A DNA stretch of 64,000 nucleotides from Eubacteriales bacterium (lineage in GTDB: Bacteria > Bacillota > Clostridia > Oscillospirales > JAAYXM01). Numbering within the stretch: position 1 is the stretch's first letter; each line of letters begins with the position of its first letter. Made by a program: the position numbers and the translations under genes. The stretch covers positions 17,994-81,993 of the forward strand of contig JAZQFJ010000101.1 in assembly GCA_045539475.1 (NCBI GenBank), read 5' to 3'. Shown here in pieces: positions 26,606 through 35,322 of the stretch. The notes under the pieces are model-generated. The model searched no databases. It saw only the letters and a list, made by a program, of their open reading frames with translations, and was not told where the DNA came from.

Positions 26606-27772
26606 TCATAGCCCATTCCTGTCAATTACGGGTTTTACGATAAAGCTTGTATCAAGTGCTGAAACCGCGGTTATAACCATCGCGGATACCGTGTCATCCG
26701 GTGCAGGATAGTCTATGGGGATTACAACGTCAAACAGAATGTTCTTGAAATCCCCGCTCGGGACAATGCGGAAATCGTGCATTGAAAATGAGCTGTCAAG
26801 CTTTCTTATCGCACCGTAAACACCGTCGCGGATGCGGCAGACCTCTTCGTTTTCCACCTCAAGAGGATCCATATGGATGAGAATTTCGATACCGAGTTTT
26901 TTTGAAACCTCACTCTCAATAAGGTCAATAAGACCATGGCTGTCCATAATATTCTCAGTTGAAGAAACCTCTGCATGGAGAGAAGCAAAAATCCGCCCCG
27001 GACCGTATTCGTGAACGATAAGGTCATGTATTCCGAGAATTTTGTCGTAGCCGAGAATTTCATCGTGGATATTCTTTACAAGCTCCGGATCCGGCGCCGT
27101 TCCGAGAAGCGGCGTGAGCGTGTCACGGACAATGCCTATTCCCGCCCACATAACAAGAAAGCTTACAAGAATGCCTATGTATCCGTCGACCGGAAGTGTT
27201 GTAAATTTAGCTGCGATTATAGAAATGAGCGTAACCCCGGTTGCGAGAGCGTCGGAAAGACTGTCTGCAGAAACAGCTTCCATTGCGGATGAGCTGATTT
27301 TTCTGCCAAGCGTTTTGTTGAAAACACTCATCCAAAGCTTTACGCAGACTGAGAGAAACAGACCGAAAACAACAAACGGTGAAAAAGTTGCGCTCGCACC
27401 GCTCGTAATGCGACTTACAGATGTTTTCCCAAGCTCAAAGCCAACAAGAAGAACAAGAAAGGCGATGACAAGCGCGCAGATGTATTCTATTCTGCCGTGA
27501 CCGAAAGGATGCTCGCGGTCTGCGGGCTTTGATGAGAGCTTAAAGCCAACGAGCGTTACAACGCTTGACGCGCTGTCGGATAAGTTGTTGGCTGCATCTG
27601 CAGTTACGGCGATACTGTGTGAAAGAATGCCGAGGATAAATTTGAGAACGGCAAGAAACAGATTACAGACAATTCCAACCGTGCTTGAAACTACGCCGTA
27701 GCGTGTGCGCACGGCAGGATTCCCCGTGTTCTCAGCATCTTTAATAAAAAGCTTTGTTATAAGTTTTGTCAT
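26606..27772 (-). CDS. cation diffusion facilitator (CDF) family transporter
   Basis: Six TM helices with HSIAVTADAANNLSD and DSLSDA motifs, plus a C-terminal cytoplasmic domain. Lies 20 nt downstream of the deacetylase gene. Confidence 0.85.
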   Translation of the reverse strand: MTKLITKLFIKDAENTGNPAVRTRYGVVSSTVGIVCNLFLAVLKFILGILSHSIAVTADAANNLSDSASSVVTLVGFKLSSKPADREHPFGHGRIEYICALVIAFLVLLVGFELGKTSVSRITSGASATFSPFVVFGLFLSVCVKLWMSVFNKTLGRKISSSAMEAVSADSLSDALATGVTLISIIAAKFTTLPVDGYIGILVSFLVMWAGIGIVRDTLTPLLGTAPDPELVKNIHDEILGYDKILGIHDLIVHEYGPGRIFASLHAEVSSTENIMDSHGLIDLIESEVSKKLGIEILIHMDPLEVENEEVCRIRDGVYGAIRKLDSSFSMHDFRIVPSGDFKNILFDVVIPIDYPAPDDTVSAMVITAVSALDTSFIVKPVIDRNGL

Positions 27773-27792
27773 TGTTAGAACAATTCCTTTGA

Positions 27793-29148
27793 TTATTTGA
27801 TAAGTGCTCGTCTTATATGTGCAAAAACATCTTTGCGCAAAAGCTTTCCGGGTTTTGTAGTGAATTCATAATCCGGTGAGATTTTGCGCATAACGGTTGC
27901 GAAAAGCTCTCCGGTCACAGGAGACTTAAAAGAAAGCTTTTCTTTGTTTGCACAGTTGATTATGCCAAGCTCGGATGCAACGCAGAAAGCAATAAAATAG
28001 GGATGTGCGGGTGTGAGTCCGTAGCTTTCGGCACACGCGCGATCAAGCCCTTTTGTGGAGTAGTCAGAGTCCACAAAGCTTCGGTAGGCTTCGTTTACCT
28101 TTTTGGGCGGCGCAATCATAGTGATAAGCTCTCCGAAGGTAAGCGCTCGGGAAGGCTGCAGAGTGTTATTGCGATATGCAACCGTATATCCTGCGCTTAC
28201 GAGCGCGGCGGCATCTTCGTCATAGCAATCAACAAACGGAGAGAGCGCTAAAAGCTCAGATACGGTGACGACTTCATAACCGTAGCTCTTGAGAAGTTTC
28301 AGCTGCTCGGGAAGTGCGGCGGCAACAGGCGTAAGACGCGCCATGCTGTAGCCGTCCTTCTGGAAAATTATCTGCCCGTTGAGAGAATCTGGGTTATCCT
28401 CAAGAGCACGGCGAAGCGGCGCGACCATCGCTTCCACATCGGATTCAAAATCACCTGTGGGAAGCCAACCGCCGCCGTCAAAGCTTGCCGCCATATAGTT
28501 GTAACCGGCGTAGCGGTAAGCATCGTATGAGTTTTTACCGTCAGGAATTTTGTCGACATAGTGCGGAGGGCGCGAAAGACTCATCTTGTAACCGTGGCGG
28601 TCAAGAAGGAGACTGTCAAGCTCCATAATATCGGCAATGACCTCGTGGACATTGTTGAAATGTTCGCGGTCACCGTAAACCATTTTCATTTTACCAAACA
28701 GGATATGGCGATAGCCGTGGTTTGATATCTCGTGACCTCCGGCAAGAATGCGAGAGATAAGCTCAGGCTTGTTTTTTGCACCTGCGTGACTATCCTGATT
28801 AATGTCCGGGTAGTGGTCGAATTTAACGCCACCCCAGGTGAAAGAACCGTGAGTGCCGGCTTCGTCAGGATAGTTATGCTCGGTTGTGCCGATAACATCA
28901 AACGTTCCGCGCGCACCGAAGCTTTCAAGAGTTTCAAGAAGATGCAAAGTGAGACCGGAGTCTGTGATTTTCGGATTTGTTTGCGCATCGGTAGGACCGT
29001 CGTCAAAAGTCATCGCAACAACACGGCGCAGATGTGGGGGGAAAACCTTTTCTATTCTGCGCACAGGTGTGATGTATTCACAGTCACGGCTTTTCTGATA
29101 CTCTTTTAAAATGTGCTTTGCGCGTCTTGCAAGATCATATAAAATCAT
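27793..29148 (-). CDS. polysaccharide deacetylase (NodB-type) family protein, no signal peptide, extra ~150-aa C-terminal region
   Basis: VAMTFDDGPTD and ISNHGYRH NodB motifs. Start ATG 29148 overlaps the upstream stop as ATGA. The track ORF running to 29325 is an extension. Confidence 0.75.
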   Translation of the reverse strand: MILYDLARRAKHILKEYQKSRDCEYITPVRRIEKVFPPHLRRVVAMTFDDGPTDAQTNPKITDSGLTLHLLETLESFGARGTFDVIGTTEHNYPDEAGTHGSFTWGGVKFDHYPDINQDSHAGAKNKPELISRILAGGHEISNHGYRHILFGKMKMVYGDREHFNNVHEVIADIMELDSLLLDRHGYKMSLSRPPHYVDKIPDGKNSYDAYRYAGYNYMAASFDGGGWLPTGDFESDVEAMVAPLRRALEDNPDSLNGQIIFQKDGYSMARLTPVAAALPEQLKLLKSYGYEVVTVSELLALSPFVDCYDEDAAALVSAGYTVAYRNNTLQPSRALTFGELITMIAPPKKVNEAYRSFVDSDYSTKGLDRACAESYGLTPAHPYFIAFCVASELGIINCANKEKLSFKSPVTGELFATVMRKISPDYEFTTKPGKLLRKDVFAHIRRALIK

Positions 29149-29936
29149 TTTCTTTCCTCCTTGTATACCTCGACGTATTTTCCGTTTTCTTTTTTTGCGA
29201 AAGGATATTTTATTCCCAGATAGATAAGCGCAAAAAGAGTTTTGATATATTTGCCGTAGAGCCGCTCCACCCTGTAGCCGTATCTTTTGCAACGGAGAAC
29301 AACTCCGGGACTTGCACATCCGCACCAGACCCGACCACGGCAGGAGAGAAGCGCCGCTTTAAGCTTTTCTTCAAAATCCGGTTCATTCATTGCAGATTCA
29401 GGAAGGTCACACTCCCAGTAGCTTGTGCCGACCTCGCCGGGACAATGCGCATCGCTTCCGGCAGAAAAGGGAAGATTGTGTTTTCTGCAAAGCTCAAGTG
29501 CGCGCTTGTTTGCCAAGTGTAGTCTTGAATGGACAACACGGGAGTTAAAGACCTCTATTCCGTCAATCTGCTCGTATAGAGCCTTGTTGTGTGGGCGCGG
29601 CGGCGCAAAGGGGTGTGCATAAAAGACAAGTGCGCCTTGCTCGTGTGCCGCGCGGCAGATATCGCGCCAGTAAAAACGTCCGTATTCATCCCGGGAGAGA
29701 TTCTCATTTATATGTTCTTTCATAAAGAAAACGAGAAGATGACCGACATCGGTTGAAAATTCGCAAGACGGGATTATGAAAAAATTATCGCGCTGGCTGT
29801 GACTCCTGAAAGCGTTGTGGTCACAGGTGGCAACGCCGGAAAGGCCTGCACGCCGTGCCGCTTCCACAAGCTTGTCGGAGGTCATCTGCGAATCGTAGGA
29901 AAGGTTTGTGTGAACGTGTAAATCAAATTTCATCAT
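29145..29936 (-). CDS. PHP-domain metal-dependent phosphoesterase
   Basis: MMKFDLHVHTNLSYDS, TCDHN and GSDAH motifs. Confidence 0.8.
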   Translation of the reverse strand: MMKFDLHVHTNLSYDSQMTSDKLVEAARRAGLSGVATCDHNAFRSHSQRDNFFIIPSCEFSTDVGHLLVFFMKEHINENLSRDEYGRFYWRDICRAAHEQGALVFYAHPFAPPRPHNKALYEQIDGIEVFNSRVVHSRLHLANKRALELCRKHNLPFSAGSDAHCPGEVGTSYWECDLPESAMNEPDFEEKLKAALLSCRGRVWCGCASPGVVLRCKRYGYRVERLYGKYIKTLFALIYLGIKYPFAKKENGKYVEVYKEERK

Positions 29937-29939
29937 ATG

Positions 29940-31133
29940 TTACCTCACGATACTGTCTGTTTTCTTCAGGGCGCATTTAAGATATCTGACTGACGAGCGT
30001 ATGTCGCGGATATCAAGCACGCCGTCGGAAATGCGTGGGTTTAAAAGCCCGAAGACAAAAGAAAGGGCGAATTTTATTTTACTGCTGCTACGCCGCAAGT
30101 ATGCAGGAAATGCGAGCAAATCCTGAAGCAGGAAGCGCATTTTATGCCCGACCTTATATTGCGGCGTGAAGCTCGTGAATACGGGGGCTTCTTCACCGCG
30201 TGCTGCGCGGCAAAGCGCGAGAGAAATATTGCAACCGGAATTTGGAGCAAGCGCAGAGCTTCCCCAGAAGCGCGGATTAATTTCCATAAGATAAAAGCCT
30301 GTTTCGGGGTTTCCTTTAAACTCAACCATCGCAACGCCTACCCAATCAAGTGCGCGCAAAAGCCTTACAGCGAAGTCTGCAAGCTCCGGAAGGTCAGCAC
30401 TTTCGCAGAAGCAGGACGGTCCGCCTGATGCCGGGTATTCACGAAGTCTGTGATGGCAAAATATCTCAAGAGGTTCGTGGTTCTTGCCAAAAACTGCCGA
30501 AACGCCGTAGCCGTCACCTGTGATATATTGCTGTACGAGAATGTCACCGCCGTACTTTGCAAATTTCGGATAGCTTTTCAAAAATTCCTCTTTTGTGTTT
30601 ACTATTTTATATCTTTCATCCGGAGAAAGCCCGAGCATTTCACCGGCAGGAAGCTTTATCACAGCGGGATAGCTTATGCGAAGTGAAAGCTCCTCCACCG
30701 TTTCGTTTTGTTTCAAAAAGGTTGTTTCGGGAACCGGAACGCCGATGCTTTCTGCAAAAGGGATAAGGCGGGATTTATCGTTTGCAAGCTCAATTGAAGA
30801 AAGGGGAGGAAGCGCTGTATCAGCAAACGCTTCTACCTCTGCGTGCTTTTCACACATTGCAAGAAGTGAGGTTATACCCACCGGAATAATAACAGGGCGC
30901 TCATTGCAGCTTTCAGAAAGCTTTTGCAGATCGGCAACAAACTGTGCCGGATTTTCTTCCGCATCGGAAATATAAGCAGCTTCCGAGGTGTATTTTGAAT
31001 AAAAGCCGAGCTCTGAACCTTTTTTGCATACTGTTCGTTCCGTGGCGGTAATATGAAAGCCCTCTTTGCCGAGAGAGCGGATAACCGGCAGGCTCATACG
31101 GTAACGGACATCTGTAACAATTGCGGAATTCAA
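29940..31133 (-). CDS. ATP-grasp ligase (COG3919-like carboligase)
   Basis: YPAVIKL..., ILVQQYI, MVEFK....YLMEINPRFWGS ATP-grasp core. Confidence 0.75.
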   Translation of the reverse strand: MNSAIVTDVRYRMSLPVIRSLGKEGFHITATERTVCKKGSELGFYSKYTSEAAYISDAEENPAQFVADLQKLSESCNERPVIIPVGITSLLAMCEKHAEVEAFADTALPPLSSIELANDKSRLIPFAESIGVPVPETTFLKQNETVEELSLRISYPAVIKLPAGEMLGLSPDERYKIVNTKEEFLKSYPKFAKYGGDILVQQYITGDGYGVSAVFGKNHEPLEIFCHHRLREYPASGGPSCFCESADLPELADFAVRLLRALDWVGVAMVEFKGNPETGFYLMEINPRFWGSSALAPNSGCNISLALCRAARGEEAPVFTSFTPQYKVGHKMRFLLQDLLAFPAYLRRSSSKIKFALSFVFGLLNPRISDGVLDIRDIRSSVRYLKCALKKTDSIVR

Positions 31134-31380
31134 TGCGGACGCACCCCTGTCTTTTTTACATTATTATATTAGTATACCACAAAATAGAGCCTCTTGTAAA
31201 GCATAAGGATAACTAATAACTAAAAGACGGAGAGCGGAGTTATTAACAAAAGCTATAACTCTTTTAAAATCATTTGTAATTAATATATGATGGGAAAAGT
31301 GCTTGTTTATTTTGAAAAAATGTTGTATACTGTGTATTAGACAAATAATGTTCAAATACATATTACGGAGGGTTTCCAAA

Positions 31381-32445
31381 ATGGGAAAAGTTAGAGTTCT
31401 TCTCATCGGCGCCGCGTTCTCCGCGGATTTGCATGCAGAGGGGTATGCCCGCTGCGGCGACATTGCAGAGCTTGTTGCGATTTGTGATAAGGACACAAGC
31501 CGCATAAAGACTCTTGCAGACAGATACGGCTTTAAGGATTATGCTGTATATGACGATATGTTCAAGGCTATTGAAGAGGTCGACTGTGATGTTGTTGACA
31601 TCTGCCTGCCGAACTTCCTTCACCACGATGCTGCTCTTGCTGCATTCAAGAAGGGCCGTCACGTTATCAGTGAAAAGCCGCTCGCTACAACAGTAGAAGA
31701 TGCAAAGGAAATGCTTGATGCTGCAGAGGCGGCAGGCAAGAAGCTTTACTATGCTGAGGACTGGCTCTTTGCTCCGGCTCTCAACCGCGCTCTTGAAGTT
31801 ATCGACGAGGGCGCAATCGGCAAGCCGATGTTTGTCCGCGCTCGTGAGTGCCACAACGGTTCACACTCTCCGTTTGCTCAGACAATTAAATTCTGCGGCG
31901 GCGGTTCGATGGTTCACCTCGGTGTTCATCCGGTCTGCTTTATGCTCGCTCTTAAGAACAACCGCTGGACAGAGGTTGTTGCTATGACCTCAGGCGGCGG
32001 TGAGTCAAATCTTCGTCATAAGACAATGGAAGGCGAAGATTGGGGCGCAGCACTTATGCGTTTTGAAGACGGCACAACAGCACTTTTAGAGGCAAACTAT
32101 GTATCAGAGGGCGGTATGGAAGACGTTATCGACTTCTACGGCGACCAGGGTTGCCTCCATGTTGACCTTACATTCTCCTCTGCTCTTAACCTTTTCTCAA
32201 TTCCGGGTGCAAAGTATACGGTTGAGAAAGCAGATATAACAACAGGTTGGTCACGTCCTGCTGTTGACGAGAAGTTCAACCTCGGTTATGTAAACGAAAT
32301 CCGTCACTTTATGGAATCTGCACGCGATAACAAGGACGCAAAAGTAGGTCTCCGTGGCGTTGACGGTTATGAAGCAATCAGAGTTATTAACCTTATCTAC
32401 AAATCAGCACGCGAAGGCATAGCTGTTAAAAATGACAGACTTTAA
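31381..32445 (+). CDS. Gfo/Idh/MocA family oxidoreductase
   Basis: VRVLLIGAAFSADLHAEGY Rossmann N-terminus and an EKPLA motif. GGAGGG RBS. The track ORF from 31303 is an extension. Confidence 0.85.
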   Translation: MGKVRVLLIGAAFSADLHAEGYARCGDIAELVAICDKDTSRIKTLADRYGFKDYAVYDDMFKAIEEVDCDVVDICLPNFLHHDAALAAFKKGRHVISEKPLATTVEDAKEMLDAAEAAGKKLYYAEDWLFAPALNRALEVIDEGAIGKPMFVRARECHNGSHSPFAQTIKFCGGGSMVHLGVHPVCFMLALKNNRWTEVVAMTSGGGESNLRHKTMEGEDWGAALMRFEDGTTALLEANYVSEGGMEDVIDFYGDQGCLHVDLTFSSALNLFSIPGAKYTVEKADITTGWSRPAVDEKFNLGYVNEIRHFMESARDNKDAKVGLRGVDGYEAIRVINLIYKSAREGIAVKNDRL

Positions 32446-32469
32446 TATTTATTAAGGAGGATAATAGAT

Positions 32470-35112
32470 ATGACAGGCAATTTTAATCTTCCGGTAGAAA
32501 TAGCCGGCGTAAAGTTCCGCAACCCGTTCTATGTAGCTTCCGGACCGACCACAAAGTCGGTTGAGCAGCTCAAGAAAATCGAAGAGTGCGGCTGGGGTGC
32601 AGCTTCCATTAAGCTCACAATCGATCCCGCTCCGTACATCAACCGTGTTCCGCGTTATGCAATCTTCAAGGACCGCAACGCACTTTGCTTCACTGTTGAG
32701 AAGCGTCTTAAGTTCGCAGAAGGTCTCCAGCTTATGCGTGATGCAAAGAAGGAACTCAAGGGCGACCTTAAGCTTTTCGCTAACATTACATATGCAGGCG
32801 ATAAGGGCGTTGAAGGCTGGGTAAACATGGCTGTTGAGTTTGAAAAGGCAGGCGCCGATGTTATCGAGCTTAACATGTGCTGCCCGAACATGTCCTTTAA
32901 CCTTCAGCTTTCTCAGGGCGATGACAATGCATCCAAGGTGAAGACCGGCGCAAGCCTTGGTCAGAACGGCGATGCTGTTGCAGAAATCGTTCGTGCAATT
33001 AAGAAAGAAATTTCTATTCCGCTTTTTGTTAAGCTTACTCCGGAGGGTGGCAAGATCGCTCAGATCGCTACTGCTCTTTATGCTGCAGGCGCTGACGCTG
33101 TCGGTGGTACATCAAACCGTATGGCAATTCCGCCGATTGACCTTGAAAATCCGGGCAAGGCACCGTATCATCTCCAGGATGAGATTTCTATGTCCTGCCA
33201 CTGCGGTTCATGGGTAAAGCCTCTTGCACTTCGTGATACATACGAAATCCGTAAGGTAAACGGTCCTGAGCCGAAGATTATGATGGCAGGCGGTGTCCGC
33301 AATTGGAAGGACGCTTGCGAAATGTTCATGGCAGGTGCAGATATGGTTGGTATCTGCTCTGAGACACTCATCTCCGGTTACGACTTTATCGGTGACCTCA
33401 TCGACGGTGTACGTGACTTTATGGCAACACACGGCTATAACACAACACGCGATATGCGCGACCTTATTCTCCCGCACGTCCGCACCGCTGCTGATGTTAC
33501 ACTTTACAAGGGATATTCCCACATTAAGGGAACTCTTGCAGCTCCGTGTAAGACTGCTTGCCCGGCTAACGTTCCGGCACAGGCTTATGTCAATATGATT
33601 GCTAAGAAGGATTACAAGCGTGCATACGAGCTTATCGTCGGTGCGGCTCCGCTTATGGGCATTTGCGGCGTAGTCTGCAGCCATCCGTGTGAGCTTTCAT
33701 GTACCCGCGGTATCACAGGCCGCGCAATCCAGATTCGTGACCTTAAGAGATTTACTCTCGAGCAGGCAAAGAAGAACGGCTGGAAGCCGGATCTTGTTAA
33801 GGAAAAGGCAAACGGTAAGAAAATTGCTGTTATCGGTTCCGGTCCTGCAGGTATCTCCGCTGCATTCTATCTTGCAAAGGCAGGATATAGCGTAACAGTA
33901 TTTGAAAAGGAAAGCTATCTCGGCGGTATGCTCCGCTTCGCTATCCCGAACTTCCGTCTCGATAAGAGCCTTATCGACGATGAAATCGCAGTTCTCAAGG
34001 AGCTCGGCGTAGAGTTCAAGACCGGCGTAATGTACGGTAAGGATATCACGGCTGAGAGCCTTAAGGCTGAGGGCTATGCTTCTGTATTCCTCGGTGTTGG
34101 TGCTCAGGCAGGACGTCTCCCGGGTATTGCAGGTGAGGATGCAAAGGGCGTTTACAACGCAGTTGACTTCCTTAAGGATGTATACGACGGCAAGAAGATT
34201 GCAATCGGTGATGACGTTGTTATCCTCGGTGGCGGATTTACTGCTGTTGATGCTGCACGTACAGCTCGCCGTCTCGGCGCAAAGAACGTTTATATCGCTT
34301 ATCGCCGCACACGCGACGAGATGCCGGCAACTGCAGAGGAAATCGCAGAGGCTGAGGCAGAGGGCGTAAAGATTATGTACCTTGTTGCTCCGACTGAAAT
34401 CGTAGCAAAGAACGGCAAGGTTTCTGCTATTAAGATGACAACTCAGGTTCTCGGTGAGTCCGATGCAAGCGGCCGCCGCTCACCTGAAGCTGTTTGCGGT
34501 GCTGAGTTCACTCTCAAGTGTGACACTGTTGTTGCTGCTATCGGTCAGATTCCGTGCACATGCGCAACAGAAGGCCTTAAGACAACAAGAAGCGGTATGA
34601 TCAAGGTTGACGAGTGCAACTCCGTTGACGGATTCATCTATGCCGGTGGTGACGCTGTTGAGGTTCGCAACATCATTTCTGCTGTTGCAGACGGTCGCCG
34701 TGCAGCTTACTGCATCGACTTTGACCTTAGCGGCGGCAACCCGAAGATTGAGGTTGTTCAGATTGCAAACACCGTTGACCCGTATGCAGTTCTCCGTCGT
34801 AACCCGTACTTCACAGACAACGCTGCTGTTGATCTCGATACAAAGGCAGGCGCAGAGCGTGTTCGCAATTTCGACACCTTCCGTCGCGTAATGACAGAGG
34901 ATGAGGCTGTTAAGGAAGCTTCCCGCTGCTTAAAGTGCGGATGCGGTGAAGGCTGCCAGCTCTGTAAGACAATATGCACAGACTTTGCTGTTGATGTTGT
35001 TGCTGACGACACAATGCAGATTAACAAGGATAAGTGCGTTGCTTGCGGAATGTGCTACAACCGTTGCCCGAACGGCAATATCGAGATGATCGACCTTGGT
35101 ATCAAGGCATAA
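32470..35112 (+). CDS. fusion protein: DHOD/DPD-type FMN barrel, then GltD/PreT-like Fe-S/FAD/NAD(P)H module, then 2x[4Fe-4S] ferredoxin
   Basis: aa 1-~330: VKFRNPFYVASGP, ELNMCCPN, MMAGGVRNWKDA. Middle: CKTACPANVPAQAY, VCSHPCELSC, KIAVIGSGPAGISAAFYLAKAGY. C-terminus: CLKCGCGEGCQLC...CVACGMCYNRCP. Confidence 0.75.
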   Translation: MTGNFNLPVEIAGVKFRNPFYVASGPTTKSVEQLKKIEECGWGAASIKLTIDPAPYINRVPRYAIFKDRNALCFTVEKRLKFAEGLQLMRDAKKELKGDLKLFANITYAGDKGVEGWVNMAVEFEKAGADVIELNMCCPNMSFNLQLSQGDDNASKVKTGASLGQNGDAVAEIVRAIKKEISIPLFVKLTPEGGKIAQIATALYAAGADAVGGTSNRMAIPPIDLENPGKAPYHLQDEISMSCHCGSWVKPLALRDTYEIRKVNGPEPKIMMAGGVRNWKDACEMFMAGADMVGICSETLISGYDFIGDLIDGVRDFMATHGYNTTRDMRDLILPHVRTAADVTLYKGYSHIKGTLAAPCKTACPANVPAQAYVNMIAKKDYKRAYELIVGAAPLMGICGVVCSHPCELSCTRGITGRAIQIRDLKRFTLEQAKKNGWKPDLVKEKANGKKIAVIGSGPAGISAAFYLAKAGYSVTVFEKESYLGGMLRFAIPNFRLDKSLIDDEIAVLKELGVEFKTGVMYGKDITAESLKAEGYASVFLGVGAQAGRLPGIAGEDAKGVYNAVDFLKDVYDGKKIAIGDDVVILGGGFTAVDAARTARRLGAKNVYIAYRRTRDEMPATAEEIAEAEAEGVKIMYLVAPTEIVAKNGKVSAIKMTTQVLGESDASGRRSPEAVCGAEFTLKCDTVVAAIGQIPCTCATEGLKTTRSGMIKVDECNSVDGFIYAGGDAVEVRNIISAVADGRRAAYCIDFDLSGGNPKIEVVQIANTVDPYAVLRRNPYFTDNAAVDLDTKAGAERVRNFDTFRRVMTEDEAVKEASRCLKCGCGEGCQLCKTICTDFAVDVVADDTMQINKDKCVACGMCYNRCPNGNIEMIDLGIKA

Positions 35113-35179
35113 TTAAAGATTTATCTAACCTTTCGCGTGCGCCCTTTTATAAGGTGCGCACGCGATGCGGCATATAATT

Positions 35180-35322
35180 GAGGTAATAAGTCTGAATAAA
35201 TTCAGACAGGTAAGAGTGAAGAGTTAAGAGGTAAGAGGTAAGGTGCAAAATGCAGTGCATTTTGATTTTATTATACATTGTTTTGTGCCTTGAACGCAGT
35301 GAAAGGAATGGTTATAATTATG
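35180..35322 (+). repeat. ~140-bp repeat, copy 3 (leader of the amidohydrolase gene)
   Basis: Near-identical to the reverse complement of 53926-54062. Contains perfect palindromes at 35190-35207 and 35246-35264 and ends in the ATG at 35320. Confidence 0.9.

Noticed and set aside
35134-35164. GC-rich hairpin after the DPD-like gene as an intrinsic terminator
   Set aside because: The stem is strong (CGCGTGCGC.CTT/AAGG.GCGCACGCG), but no T-run follows on either strand. I kept it only as a possible stem-loop.
35208-35245. Tandem purine-rich units (aggtaag / gaggtaa), considered as a possible CRISPR or tandem-repeat array
   Set aside because: There are only 2-3 short, imperfect 7-nt units with no spacers. 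This is part of the larger repeat, not a CRISPR array. I found no CRISPR-like array anywhere in the window.
35278-35319. Shared N-terminus MFCALNAVKGMVI on two unrelated proteins (also at 53929-53970)
   Set aside because: This is an artefact of the repeated leader being open in frame with both genes. There is no RBS before the TTG. Both families normally begin at the downstream Met (MKLYINGEF and MYRYAIIGFGG).
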